The notes under the pieces: model-generated | Databases searched by the model: none | What the model saw: only the letters and a program-made list of their open reading frames with translations | What the model was told of the DNA's origin: nothing | Part shown: positions 20,144 to 30,626 of the stretch, in pieces | How the letters are laid out: each line of letters starts with the position of its first letter | How positions within the stretch are numbered: position 1 is the first letter of the stretch | Made by a program: the position numbers and the translations under genes | Origin: a virus | Lineage: Duplodnaviria > Caudoviricetes | Length of the DNA: 61,659 nucleotides | Virus record (IMG/VR): IMGVR_UViG_3300042391_000275 | Span: 1 to 61,659 of that record | Reading direction: 5' to 3' (one strand)

Positions 20144-21331
20144 TTAGACGCAAGGTGCTGGATTCACATCATCTTGGCAACGCTTGTAGACAATTGCCAC
20201 AACATTCTGTGGACGAATTGGCTGAATAGCGCGTTGGATTTGATAGATGTGCTGACCGAAGTCACCATACAAGTTACAATCGTTGTCGCGGAAGTATGTC
20301 CACTCCAGTTCACCCATAGCGAGTTGGGGAGCGAAACGGAATGTTCCTTCTCCAACGTAGCTTTCAGGGACGAGACGCTTGAACGCATTGCCAGCGATAA
20401 CGAACATGACTTCGTAATCGGCAGCAACCCATGCTGGGTTACGGCGTTGCGCGAAACCATTCGTTACGGCAGTCGAGACGATTGGGTTAACAAGGGTAAG
20501 AACACCAGCGACATTCGCTGTAGCGCGAAGGGGTTGTTGGTCGATACCGAATGCGAAACCACGGTAGCCCTGAAATGAGTAACCGCTGATGGCAGTCTCA
20601 CCAAGTTTGAACGAACCAGTCGTGAGACCGATCAGATCTTCCTTAACGTCCGCATCGTTGCGGAAATTCTCGATCTGGTCAGCAGAAGCGATAACTTGGA
20701 AGAATTCACCCTCAGAGGTAGCGAATGGCTCAGCAAGCATCTCTTCACGCAGGAAAGTGCCGATCTTGTAAAGGGTCTTGAAGTTCATAGGAGCATCAGG
20801 ATTCTTAGCTGCAAACAAGGTGTTGATATTCTGCATATCACCAGTCAAGTTAGCAGAGAAGGTGGCAGTGGAATCCACAACATATTTAATGCCAGACTGA
20901 AGGAGATACTGATAGCGGATATCAGCGTTGATCAACTGAAGAATCGTCTTTTCGAGCGAAACTTGAGCTTGGAGGTAAGAACCTTTGAACGCTGTACGAG
21001 CTTGCTTTACGCAAACACGGGGGCCAGCACCACGAAGGGTCTGAAGTTGGAACTGATACTCAGTCGAGCCAACAACGTCAGGGGTTGCTCCAACGCCACA
21101 AAGGGTGGTGTCGTTAACGAAGGTAGGTGCAGCGAGACTTGCAGCAGGAACTGCCATTTCCTCAACAACACTACGCACAACGTCAGAGACGTTAGGAAGC
21201 GTTCCACCATCGATGGAGTTAATGTAAGGACTCTTACGGGCGAGAACTCGTCCGATTTGTCCGATGATACGATTTACGTCTTTGCTTGCAAAGTTTTGGA
21301 TTGCAGCAAGTGAGATACACTCTTGAGCCAT
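20144..21331 (-). CDS. Major capsid protein
   Basis: 395 aa with strongly biased codons, downstream of portal and scaffold, with its own promoter and a 3' hairpin. Confidence 0.75.
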   Translation of the reverse strand: MAQECISLAAIQNFASKDVNRIIGQIGRVLARKSPYINSIDGGTLPNVSDVVRSVVEEMAVPAASLAAPTFVNDTTLCGVGATPDVVGSTEYQFQLQTLRGAGPRVCVKQARTAFKGSYLQAQVSLEKTILQLINADIRYQYLLQSGIKYVVDSTATFSANLTGDMQNINTLFAAKNPDAPMNFKTLYKIGTFLREEMLAEPFATSEGEFFQVIASADQIENFRNDADVKEDLIGLTTGSFKLGETAISGYSFQGYRGFAFGIDQQPLRATANVAGVLTLVNPIVSTAVTNGFAQRRNPAWVAADYEVMFVIAGNAFKRLVPESYVGEGTFRFAPQLAMGELEWTYFRDNDCNLYGDFGQHIYQIQRAIQPIRPQNVVAIVYKRCQDDVNPAPCV

Positions 21332-21559
21332 AATTTTAGTTTTCTAATTAATTGTTTGTTTTGGGTTTGTTCTGCTTGAACTCCCGAAGAAAAATTCTAC
21401 GGGCAACATTCAAGACGATAAGATCCGCTACGCAGTTCTTAACGATTTGTTTCTTGATTTGGTTGCCCCGGCACGTTGGGCGTTGTTCGGCCTGATTGCG
21501 GATTTTTTGACTTCCACAGAGTCACCAGAATAACGAATCTGGCACGTCGAGTTATTGAC

Positions 21560-21588
21560 CTTTTACATCATTACAAAAACATTGTCAA
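21560..21588 (-). promoter_or_regulatory. Sigma70-like promoter for major capsid gene
   Basis: TTGACA-17nt-TAAAAG, about 230 nt upstream of the ATG. Confidence 0.55.
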
Positions 21589-22178
21589 ATTATATTTAAA
21601 ATATTTTTTAGGTATTGAGATTTAGGAATATTATTCTCCAGTTTTGCGTGAATTAAATTCGTTTCGATTTTATCAAGTTTTCCAGATTCGTTAAAAATAT
21701 CATCTTCGTTTTTTAACACTCCACCAACATGAAGATCGTTGGAAAGTATTGTGTTTATGACGTGAGCGCACATTTCTTTAGTTGTATGAAAAATATAAGA
21801 TGGTTGCCCAGACAAAAGAAGCAATGATCCAGTCTTCTCTACCTCATCAGCGAGTTGCGGAGAAAATGAAACATTAGCAACATCATAATCACTCATCCAT
21901 CCACCTCCTGCGGCATGGAGCGCACACCAGCGCGAAAAACGAGCGCAAATGAAAGCAAAATTATTTTGCAACTCGTTGGGAAGAACTGGAGCGAGTCGAG
22001 TTAATTTTGTCATTAGCTTTAGGTGGAGAGGGGATCCTTGCGCGTGTGAGCGATTTAGCATCACTGGTTCCCATCCTTGAGCTTCCCAAGTCGATTTCCA
22101 CACGTTTGCACAAGCAAATTGCTCGTCCTGTGGACGCAACTGCACACTCTCGTAGTATGAATAGATTTTTGGTTTCAT
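21585..22178 (-). CDS. Glycosyltransferase, DxD sugar-binding type (GT32-like)
   Basis: RWCALHAAGGGWMSDYDV resembles the RxxxLxxxGGxxxDxD motif. N-terminal SxWxxxGW. Confidence 0.65.
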   Translation of the reverse strand: MKPKIYSYYESVQLRPQDEQFACANVWKSTWEAQGWEPVMLNRSHAQGSPLHLKLMTKLTRLAPVLPNELQNNFAFICARFSRWCALHAAGGGWMSDYDVANVSFSPQLADEVEKTGSLLLLSGQPSYIFHTTKEMCAHVINTILSNDLHVGGVLKNEDDIFNESGKLDKIETNLIHAKLENNIPKSQYLKNILNII

Positions 22179-23173
22179 TAGTACGCTTTAATTCCTACGT
22201 TGAAGACTGGAACACCAAGATCGATGTGTGGTTGATGTCCTGCGTCCATTGCTTTTTTGCAGAATGAAATATCGTCAGGGTAAAAGGGGCCATGTTTGAT
22301 ATCAGGGAACTTTTTCTTGATGTCCTGAAACACCCGACGATGGATTAGCAAACATCCACTACCAACCCAGTCAACTGCCTCTACAGAATCGGTGCAGACC
22401 CGTGCTTTTTTGCCAAGATCAGTTTTTGAACAGTCGATTGAGGCATCGTCCAAGTTAGAGAAGTACGCTCCACCAACCAATGACTTCCCTGCACCTATTA
22501 ATCGATGCACAATGTGCTTCTGTAAGTGCGAATCATGGATATTTCGAGCAGCACCAATTGTTGCTTTTGCCCACTGCGGTCTGCCAATGGATGGGATGAT
22601 GTTATTGTCAAGCAACAGCAACCATTTTGCGTCCGTGGCTAGGAATTTCTCCGCAAGGTCATTTCTTGACTTATAAAAATTATTTTCGTCGCTAGAAACG
22701 TCAAATCGGATCTTATCCCGTCCGAAATCAAGCGCAATGTTGATTAAAGCGAGCGCAGTGATGGGATTTGTAGCTTTATTAGCCGAAAAACCAACGAAAA
22801 TGTCCCTTCCTGCAAACTCTGCGCGATACGATGGCAACCCCTCATTGGTTCGGGATTCTACAATATTTGACTGTAGAGTATCGTTAAATGGTACTTTTTC
22901 GGCAACATCTTCGATAATTGGTTGTTTAATTTCCTCTGGAGTTGGTAATTCCATCTTTTCCAGCACCTTGGGAACTGGTTTACGTCTGCGTTTAGGTTTT
23001 CGGTCTAGTTTGATCATAGCTTCAGGTTCATTGAGATGTGAAAAGTCTCGTTGTGGTTTATTTATTTCTGGTTGTGGTTGTGGACGCTGAACTTGTCCTT
23101 GTCTTGCAAATGGATCAAAAGAATCCAATGCATTCATGGTGATTCGCTCATCTGGCGATACTTTTGGTTCCAT
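22178..23173 (-). CDS. GT-A/GT2-like glycosyltransferase with disordered N-terminus
   Basis: RNDLAEKFL...WLLLLDNN...VGSGCLLIHRRVF...DDISFC. The DxD is degenerate (DNN). Confidence 0.7.
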   Translation of the reverse strand: MEPKVSPDERITMNALDSFDPFARQGQVQRPQPQPEINKPQRDFSHLNEPEAMIKLDRKPKRRRKPVPKVLEKMELPTPEEIKQPIIEDVAEKVPFNDTLQSNIVESRTNEGLPSYRAEFAGRDIFVGFSANKATNPITALALINIALDFGRDKIRFDVSSDENNFYKSRNDLAEKFLATDAKWLLLLDNNIIPSIGRPQWAKATIGAARNIHDSHLQKHIVHRLIGAGKSLVGGAYFSNLDDASIDCSKTDLGKKARVCTDSVEAVDWVGSGCLLIHRRVFQDIKKKFPDIKHGPFYPDDISFCKKAMDAGHQPHIDLGVPVFNVGIKAY

Positions 23174-23233
23174 AGATATAATGTGGCTTTAACTATATTA
23201 ATTTATGTATGAATGTACTAACTTTAGTATACT

Positions 23234-24490
23234 TTAACCACCTAGTGCTTCATCAAGGCCAAGATCAATGGCATCCATTGAATTCATCTTCAATCGGTCG
23301 TTGAGGGTGGATTTGATGCTATGCTGACCAGTGATAGTTTGACGAGGCATCTTTCCTGCACCCTTTAACTTATTGTTCTCTTCACGCAAGGCTTTTAGTT
23401 CTGCCATGTATTTAGATTTCCCCTCCTGCTCAACTCGTAGTTGCTCAGTTAGGACGTGCGAGAATACTGCTGCCGCTGCCACATTAGCCCGTTCTTGCGC
23501 GTTGGTGGGCCACAGAGCAGAGTTAAATTTCTCAGCAAGGGATTGCACCTGCGCGTTGTGTCTCTGGACTTGTTCTAGCTTCTCTGGGGTTGCGTCTTTA
23601 GGTGCTTCCGCAAACCTAGCCCACGGAAGTTCTTTGGTGATGGAATCAATATGCTGATCGATCTGCTCAACTTCTTTGTGATACCACTGTCCTTTCTCTT
23701 GCTCACGTTGAGCAAGAATCTGCTCTGCATTTTGTGCAGCATTTTCAATCTCTTGTTCTTGCTTCTCTTTGAGATCAACAACATCAACGAGGTTGCGCTT
23801 TAGACGCTCCGAATCGGTGAGTGGTAACTTGTCGATTGCGTTGTTCTTCCACCATGATTGATCGACTGCATCTGGGCCACCCGCTTTTTCAATAGATTCA
23901 ATAACGTCTTCACTCGCTCCATTTTTTCGTAGGATATTATAGATGTTCTCTTTAGCAGACTGAATAGGTTGGTTGTATTTCGACTGAAATTCAGGATCAT
24001 TCTTGATGTCGAAGATTGCACGGAATTTCTTCAATTCATCGTAGTCATCAGGTGCTTTAAACTCCTGCTGACGTGATTCCATCTCCACAACACGTTGACG
24101 CAGTTGCTCTGCTTCCTCCGCTTGCTTCTTGTATGTGCTTGCTGTTTCTTGCAACTTGCGCCAGTTAGAACGATTAACCTCCGAAAGATTGCGAGGTTGT
24201 TCGATTGAGGCAATCTCTGGATCCAGTTCGATTTCTGGAGTTACAGGTGCTTCTGGAGTTTCAGTCAGTTCAGTAGACTCCGTGACCTCTTGCGTTTCCT
24301 CAATTGGCTCGATTTCCTCGCTTTCGTTTGATTCAGGTTCCTCTGCGAACACTGGCTCAACCCCGCTCAATGCATCGTCTAGCAATGCATCGATATGCGA
24401 TTCCGTTGATTCATCGATTGGATCAGCGTCCAATGATGGGTTTCCGTATCCAGTAACACTGGATTCTGCTTTTTCGTTTTCGTTTTCCAT
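23234..24490 (-). CDS. Capsid scaffolding protein
   Basis: Acidic N-terminus and long coiled coils, located between portal and capsid genes. Confidence 0.65.
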   Translation of the reverse strand: MENENEKAESSVTGYGNPSLDADPIDESTESHIDALLDDALSGVEPVFAEEPESNESEEIEPIEETQEVTESTELTETPEAPVTPEIELDPEIASIEQPRNLSEVNRSNWRKLQETASTYKKQAEEAEQLRQRVVEMESRQQEFKAPDDYDELKKFRAIFDIKNDPEFQSKYNQPIQSAKENIYNILRKNGASEDVIESIEKAGGPDAVDQSWWKNNAIDKLPLTDSERLKRNLVDVVDLKEKQEQEIENAAQNAEQILAQREQEKGQWYHKEVEQIDQHIDSITKELPWARFAEAPKDATPEKLEQVQRHNAQVQSLAEKFNSALWPTNAQERANVAAAAVFSHVLTEQLRVEQEGKSKYMAELKALREENNKLKGAGKMPRQTITGQHSIKSTLNDRLKMNSMDAIDLGLDEALGG

Positions 24491-24513
24491 AGATTTATTA
24501 ATTTGTTGTTAAT

Positions 24514-24765
24514 TTACTTCATTGACTTTTCACCACGGCACTTCCATTTTTTCCGTGAAAGATTGTTGGGAGAGTTTGGATCATCTTTCCAATCACCTTT
24601 GATGTTTGCGCTTCTAGCACAGTATGCGTCACCTTTTTTAGTGCCGGGTCGAATTCGATCTTTACCATCCTTAGCTTTTCCAGCTTGCCCGTATTCAACT
24701 GTCCGTGTTCGTCCAGTTGCTTTGTTAGTGATTGTTTTGCTGAATCTTGGTTTGATTTCTGCCAT
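24514..24765 (-). CDS. Small basic conserved phage protein
   Basis: GTKKGDAYCARS...SRKKWKC motif, familiar from aquatic phages. Confidence 0.6.
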   Translation of the reverse strand: MAEIKPRFSKTITNKATGRTRTVEYGQAGKAKDGKDRIRPGTKKGDAYCARSANIKGDWKDDPNSPNNLSRKKWKCRGEKSMK

Positions 24766-24798
24766 ATAATTTGACGTAAATACTAGGTGCTTTTTCCG

Positions 24799-25038
24799 TC
24801 ACATGGACGTGAAATTTCCTGCGCTAGGATCAGCGTTATCATTTGAAGAATTTACGCAATCTTCGATTTCTCGCAATGCCATTTCAAAACCTTGCTTCAA
24901 CATGGCTTGCATTGCAACTCCTTCTACGGAACATTCCGTTATGAAGGGAATTCGACTGCGTAAATATAAACGCAATCGATTTCCTGTTTTCTTATCGTAG
25001 TCACGAAGACGTGATGCGTCAGATTCTTCCCATTTCAT
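24799..25038 (-). CDS. Hypothetical head-module protein
   Basis: 79-aa ORF in the portal-scaffold interval. Confidence 0.55.
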   Translation of the reverse strand: MKWEESDASRLRDYDKKTGNRLRLYLRSRIPFITECSVEGVAMQAMLKQGFEMALREIEDCVNSSNDNADPSAGNFTSM

Positions 25039-25057
25039 ATTTATTTATTAATATATT

Positions 25058-25447
25058 TTATTCCATCATCGACTTAACTTTAGATTTAACCTTTCGGTAA
25101 ACCTTTTTGCCAGCGGCAACGAGTTCCTCTGGGGAAACGATGCCTTGGTCACTCATGCCTTGTTTTTTAATGCGATCATAATTTGCTTTTTCTTTTGCGG
25201 CATATTCTGCTTTCTTTTCCATTTCCATTTCGGATTCGGAAAGAAGATCTTCAACTTCCGCTTCTTTGTCTTTAGGAGTTGGAAGAGGTTCAACAATTGA
25301 TTTGATTTTGTCTTTTCTCATCATCCCGTATCCTTCGGGTTCTTGAATTTCTCCCATCGCTTTAACGTCTTTTTCTTTTACTGCGGACGATGGATCCATT
25401 TTTGCTTTGGAAGCAAGTTGGCTGATGATTTTGGCTCGGTCTGGCAT
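25058..25447 (-). CDS. Hypothetical charged protein
   Basis: 129-aa ORF directly after the portal gene. Confidence 0.55.
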   Translation of the reverse strand: MPDRAKIISQLASKAKMDPSSAVKEKDVKAMGEIQEPEGYGMMRKDKIKSIVEPLPTPKDKEAEVEDLLSESEMEMEKKAEYAAKEKANYDRIKKQGMSDQGIVSPEELVAAGKKVYRKVKSKVKSMME

Positions 25448-25451
25448 AATA

Positions 25452-27863
25452 TTATCCTGCGGTTACGGGTTTAGGTGGTGCAGCAACTTGGTTGACTGCG
25501 TTATTTTGTGATGGGTTCGTTAATCCAACTGCTTCACCAATGGCAGTGGCCTGTGCAGTCGATGGTCTACGTCCACCTCCTCCACCTCCACCACCTGCTG
25601 CTGCTGGAAATAAATCACCCTCTGAAATTGGTGCTTGTCCTGCTGTCAGGTACTTAATCGCTTCAGAGACTGCTCGCTTATATTCGGCGATCTGCTTTTT
25701 ATCTGCACCCTTTGCTTCAGCGTTCTGAACGTGCGTAATAAAGTGCTGAACTGCCGATTGTAGGGGTTTAACCATCTCTGGAGGCATCGACCCTGCTGGA
25801 GCATTAGCAATAAGCGGGAATAGCTTCTCCATGATGGTCTGGATATGAACGATATCATTGTCCCGTGGAGAGACTGGAATGTCCTCACCAGAAACAATAC
25901 TCTGAAGTTCGATAATTTGTTGACGAGTTGCCTCGATTGCCACTGCTTCGACCTGATCTTTTGGAAGGATGACTTGGTTGGCAATGGATTCACCCACTTT
26001 TCGACTCCAATCGAGTTTCATTAGCTCATCTTGGTTGATTTGTGGGTTTCCTGTGTAGCGTTGGATCAAAAGATCAAGGATTGCAGCATCTTGACCCTCG
26101 GTTTGTGGGAGCAGTTCCTCTGCTGGAGAGAATGCCATCAACAAAATGTCGCTAGGAGGCAAATTGCGCTCCAACATAGCCAAAACGCACGAAACCGCCT
26201 CTTCATCGAGGTGCCGTGGAATCTCAAATGGCACTAGGAACGATGGAATCTCAGATTGTGCCTGTTCAAATGCCTCTACAACCTCTTTTTTGGCCCACAT
26301 TGCGTTGGGATTCTGAAGACGAGCGAAATCAATCTGTGTTTTTAGCTCACTTGCGGCTTTAATATGCTCAGGATGACAAATTCCACGTTGCATACGCTCG
26401 ACTGCCTTGGAGTATTGTTTAACCCAACGCATTAAGATACCTTCGCGGATCTGATTTTCAACGGCAGCAATGCGATTAACCTCACTTGCTGTCTTATCTC
26501 CACCAGTAATGTTCATCACAGAGGATGGAAGGAATGTTCCCATCTGGATCTCAGCCAATCCACTCATGAATTGATCGAGTTTAATGAAATCTTCAACGTC
26601 AGCGGGAATTGCAGACTGAACTACGTCATAACCTTCAGCCACATATGCTACGGGATGCATTACTTGAAGCGGAGGAATGCCTGTTTTAGCGGTTGGGCCT
26701 TTCTTAAGTAATAGCATCCCGCGCAAGTATGAGTTATCGACAATGAGATTTCTCGCTTTGTCGATAGCAATATGCGTGTTATACAAGTCACGTCCTGCTC
26801 CACGGGAGGACATCAATGCACCAGAACCAATCTCAATAGAGAATAGCGCGATTGTGTCCGACATTCTGTTGTATCTATCGAGTTGAGTACAGATTTCATC
26901 TCCGCTTTTGTCATCGAACAAATAACGGCTAATCTTACCTGTGGGTTCTTTGATGAGCAACTCACCTAGCTCGACGTATTTTGCATCGTTTTCGTAAGAT
27001 GCACCATAGGATCCTTCGCGCAGCCAGTCCTCATAGCGTCGAGCGTCATCGTCAGAATCGAGCGTTCTGCCAGCGGGGGTTGCGTTGTTGATTGCTTTGA
27101 CGAGGTTGTTGATTTGCCAACCTGCAAGTGCGGAAAGTCTTGGTTGTTCCAGCACTGGAAGCAATTCAGCAATCTGATATCGACGCTTCCTTGCCCAAAT
27201 CGGAGTTGAATCAGCCTCTTGTGGAGTCTCGATGCTGAAAAACGTATAATCTTGGCGCAGGAACTCTGGTTTCCAATCACGAACATCATCCCAACACACT
27301 CCACAAAAGCCAAATGTCGTGTTCTCATGCGTGACTTGAGCTACTAGATCATCGTGACCCTTCCAGCCCCTAATGCATTTTGTAATCTCTTCGCGGAATA
27401 CTTTAGTCTTATGTTCCTCGCTCACTCCCTCTAGTGGATACTTGGAATAGGTAAGTGTAGGTGACTGCTCAATTACTTGCTTAAATGGTGGTTGTAAGCG
27501 ACTAACCATCGTAGACAGAAACCCAGTTGGGCGATTACTGCGCCAATTCTGACCCATGCTTTCCAGTTTTTTCGCACTATACGGAGGTTCATTATTTAGC
27601 TTCTTCTGAATAAGTTGGTTTTTGCGGTTTCTTTCTACATTCTGTTGCTTTAACCTACGATATGCAGAATGCGCTTGCTGGCAGTCTTTAAACGTCCGTT
27701 TAACCTGCAATGTGTCAGGGTTAACAACGTCACCAGTGGCGTTATCATCCACAATTTCCAGTTCGGAAACACGTTGCTTGTCCGATGGTTTCATAATCCG
27801 AGCAGCTTTCGATGCGTAGACGTTTGTGACTTCTGCTGGAATTGGTTTGGTGATATCTGCCAT
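25452..27863 (-). CDS. Portal protein
   Basis: 803 aa, mostly helical, downstream of terL. KTASEV motif typical of podovirus portals. Confidence 0.75.
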   Translation of the reverse strand: MADITKPIPAEVTNVYASKAARIMKPSDKQRVSELEIVDDNATGDVVNPDTLQVKRTFKDCQQAHSAYRRLKQQNVERNRKNQLIQKKLNNEPPYSAKKLESMGQNWRSNRPTGFLSTMVSRLQPPFKQVIEQSPTLTYSKYPLEGVSEEHKTKVFREEITKCIRGWKGHDDLVAQVTHENTTFGFCGVCWDDVRDWKPEFLRQDYTFFSIETPQEADSTPIWARKRRYQIAELLPVLEQPRLSALAGWQINNLVKAINNATPAGRTLDSDDDARRYEDWLREGSYGASYENDAKYVELGELLIKEPTGKISRYLFDDKSGDEICTQLDRYNRMSDTIALFSIEIGSGALMSSRGAGRDLYNTHIAIDKARNLIVDNSYLRGMLLLKKGPTAKTGIPPLQVMHPVAYVAEGYDVVQSAIPADVEDFIKLDQFMSGLAEIQMGTFLPSSVMNITGGDKTASEVNRIAAVENQIREGILMRWVKQYSKAVERMQRGICHPEHIKAASELKTQIDFARLQNPNAMWAKKEVVEAFEQAQSEIPSFLVPFEIPRHLDEEAVSCVLAMLERNLPPSDILLMAFSPAEELLPQTEGQDAAILDLLIQRYTGNPQINQDELMKLDWSRKVGESIANQVILPKDQVEAVAIEATRQQIIELQSIVSGEDIPVSPRDNDIVHIQTIMEKLFPLIANAPAGSMPPEMVKPLQSAVQHFITHVQNAEAKGADKKQIAEYKRAVSEAIKYLTAGQAPISEGDLFPAAAGGGGGGGGRRPSTAQATAIGEAVGLTNPSQNNAVNQVAAPPKPVTAG

Positions 27864-27864
27864 A

Positions 27865-28446
27865 TTATTTTAGATTTAGCCAGCAATCTACTGGCAAATT
27901 GTCTGATGGGGAAATGCTGTCTCTGGACATGAAAACTGCGGACTTGTTATCGTGACGAAGCAACAAGCAACCACCAAGTGCCTTGGACGTTTTAGTCTCT
28001 CTAGCCTGTCTAATGCTTGCACTTAACCTATCCGTTGCTTTCACGCAAGCACCGCAACCACTCTTCCACTGGACGTTCTGTTTGCAGTTAAGACAGATTT
28101 TTGCGCGTTGCTCTGCCAACTCACTTGATACAAGTGCTACTTCTTTTGTAGAATTGATAACATTCTTAGCCCAGATCGTAATGTCGTTTAGCAACTCTGT
28201 CTTTTGACTAGGAGTATTCACCGATGTTACAACAACCATGTCCACACCATGACAGAAATTGGGGTTCTTAGAACAGATGTACGAATTGACATCACCCTCA
28301 ACGTCACCAACTGGCAAATGATTTTCGGCGCGAAAATTCGTGACAACCTGAAGAAGATTGTCATAGCTATGACCAGTGAGTTTCGCATCACCATCGTAGT
28401 AATGCCAACCCCCCGGTGGAATCATTCCAATTATCGGTTTTGCCAT
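27865..28446 (-). CDS. Cys-rich hypothetical protein
   Basis: RAKICLNC, CGAC and CW C-terminus suggest metal binding. Confidence 0.6.
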   Translation of the reverse strand: MAKPIIGMIPPGGWHYYDGDAKLTGHSYDNLLQVVTNFRAENHLPVGDVEGDVNSYICSKNPNFCHGVDMVVVTSVNTPSQKTELLNDITIWAKNVINSTKEVALVSSELAEQRAKICLNCKQNVQWKSGCGACVKATDRLSASIRQARETKTSKALGGCLLLRHDNKSAVFMSRDSISPSDNLPVDCWLNLK

Positions 28447-28509
28447 GAATTTTTGAGTTTTACGTCAGTTTTTTAATGTTTGCAAGCAAATTCTTACTTA
28501 TTTATCAAA

Positions 28510-30375
28510 TTAATTGCTGAAATCAACGAATTCGTAACTTTCGATTCCAGTATGTTTTTTCTGGAAAACAAACTTTTCTGGTTTCGGTTCGGTCATCGTC
28601 GCAACAACTCCACCTCGTTGTCTCATAAGATAGACCAGCAGGGACAGGGAATCCAGAGCATCTGGAGAGTTTTGCCTAGTCCGTTTAACGAAGTCTCCTT
28701 TGCTCTCGACTCGTACAAGACCCTGCCCCTGCTGTTTGTACCGCCGCGAAGTCGCTTGTCGAACCAACTCCTCGGTACGGAAACTTGGTGAAATCTTCAG
28801 ATACTCAAACTCTAGGTATTTAGCAAGCCCAAAAATCAGTTCAGTAACAACTCCAGAATACAATTCATTTGCTCGTTGTGTGTCATCTCCCAAGATATGG
28901 GTTTCGGAACTGGCCCATGAATAATTGACTCCCATGACTTCGCTTCCGTAGAGTGACTTCAACGCATCGTGGATGCCTGCTCCGTTTCCAGTTCGGTCAA
29001 CACATAGCCAGTTCGCTCCGATCCTCATTTCCTTTGCGAAGCGGATGATCTCTGCGGTCTGTTCTAGTGTTGCTAGTTTTGGGAACTGCATTTGTGAATC
29101 CAACTGCAAACACGTTTTTGGCTTCTTAAACTCGCGGAATTGCCCGTCCCTTGGAGTCCAACCATCGCAGAGTCCGTATCGTCCGAATGAACACACAACC
29201 TGATCTCGACCTTCCAATGCCAAATCGAACGCTGCTAGAGGCACTACAGGCCCAATAAACCGCACGTTACCCATTGCGTTATCCATCATGGCAGGTGTGA
29301 TGATTGCCATCGAGACACCTTCCTGCGGGAAGAAACCTCGGGCCATTGTGTAGTATTCGGCAGTCCTGCCCTTGGACTCGTATGCCATGTAGCCCTCGTA
29401 GGATTGGAAGCCGGGGAACACGATCTCCTTCTCCAGTACGTTTTCGCACCTCGCTGCATCAAGCCGCAAGATATGCCAACCTTCCCTGCTCTCCCACTCG
29501 AAATCTTCCTCGCAATCCACACTTTGCCAACCCCGCGCAGGTTCGCACCTTTTCCCAAATTCACTATTCCTGTCCTTTGGGTTCGATGCACCGAAAATTT
29601 TGATGCGTCCCTTGGAATCCTTCGTGTCAGCAGCAGACAAGATGTTCTGCAAACCTTCCCAAACACCAGCGGGAACCTCCTCTGCTTCGTCTAGGACAAC
29701 GTGTGTCCTACTCATCTGACCCCACTTTGGATCTGGCTTTTGTCTTGGACTTGGGTGGAATCCACGGAGCGTTCCAGTTCCACTATCACCTTTCGGAACG
29801 GCAACTAGATGGATGCCATTCTTGTCATCGTCATTGGCTTGAATCGACTTTACTAAGTCTTCGCTACCTTCGTATTCTGGACGCACCAATGCAGTGCGGT
29901 AGAAGTTTTTGATTGCAGCGAATACGTTTCTCTGCGCGTGTGCCTCGGTCAACGAAACAACTTTGATACAGGTGTACTCAGGATCTCGCATCCAATCCAA
30001 CAAGAACCATGCAGCGGCATTAAACGTCTTGCCCATCGCTCCTGCACCCTGAACTAGCAACTTATCATGCTCAAACAGGCATCTCCATGTATCCGCTGCG
30101 CTTTGTGGCCTCCAGTCATAAACCCCTGCACCCCACAAAATCGTTGCCGCTGCTTCAAACTGATCATGCTTGAGCAGGTGTTGAACGAAGTTTAACACAG
30201 TCTGCCTAGCCACCTTTTCGTCCAGTGTAACCAACTTTTTCTGAGAATCCGTAAGATTTGTCAGTATAAACTGAGCGGCATAGATGATTCCGTTGATATC
30301 ATCTTTCTCCGCTTCTGCTCTAATTCTGGTGGCAATGTTAATTGCCTGAAGCACCGATGGTGACTTGTTATTCAT
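28510..30375 (-). CDS. terL: Terminase large subunit
   Basis: Walker A GAGAMGKT, Walker B VVLDEAEE, GASNP coupling motif, nuclease motifs AFDLA, VDRTGNG and SPDALD. Confidence 0.9.
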   Translation of the reverse strand: MNNKSPSVLQAINIATRIRAEAEKDDINGIIYAAQFILTNLTDSQKKLVTLDEKVARQTVLNFVQHLLKHDQFEAAATILWGAGVYDWRPQSAADTWRCLFEHDKLLVQGAGAMGKTFNAAAWFLLDWMRDPEYTCIKVVSLTEAHAQRNVFAAIKNFYRTALVRPEYEGSEDLVKSIQANDDDKNGIHLVAVPKGDSGTGTLRGFHPSPRQKPDPKWGQMSRTHVVLDEAEEVPAGVWEGLQNILSAADTKDSKGRIKIFGASNPKDRNSEFGKRCEPARGWQSVDCEEDFEWESREGWHILRLDAARCENVLEKEIVFPGFQSYEGYMAYESKGRTAEYYTMARGFFPQEGVSMAIITPAMMDNAMGNVRFIGPVVPLAAFDLALEGRDQVVCSFGRYGLCDGWTPRDGQFREFKKPKTCLQLDSQMQFPKLATLEQTAEIIRFAKEMRIGANWLCVDRTGNGAGIHDALKSLYGSEVMGVNYSWASSETHILGDDTQRANELYSGVVTELIFGLAKYLEFEYLKISPSFRTEELVRQATSRRYKQQGQGLVRVESKGDFVKRTRQNSPDALDSLSLLVYLMRQRGGVVATMTEPKPEKFVFQKKHTGIESYEFVDFSN

Positions 30376-30625
30376 TCACTTTCCAACCATACATCAGATT
30401 GAACCAAGCAAACTCCCTCTCCCCCATCTTCTTTCTGCTTCTAAATACTTTGGCAAATCTATTCACAAACCATTTTTTGTAATCGCTAAACTCTTCCATG
30501 CTCCAGCTTTTTTTAGTGTACCAATCTTCTTGGTGGGTGAATTCTTTGTCGAATCCTTCAAATCCAACCCGCTTGAACATCTCGTCCAACGCTTCCATCA
30601 TAAATGTATCTACTTTGCTCATCAT
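30368..30625 (-). CDS. Hypothetical protein
   Basis: 85-aa ORF overlapping the terL start. Confidence 0.55.
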   Translation of the reverse strand: MMSKVDTFMMEALDEMFKRVGFEGFDKEFTHQEDWYTKKSWSMEEFSDYKKWFVNRFAKVFRSRKKMGEREFAWFNLMYGWKVNE

Positions 30626-30626
30626 A

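Noticed and set aside
20144-21331. Alternative genetic code or capsid read-through extension
   Set aside because: Genes are intact under the standard code. A strong hairpin follows the capsid stop and no slippery site or in-frame extension was evident.
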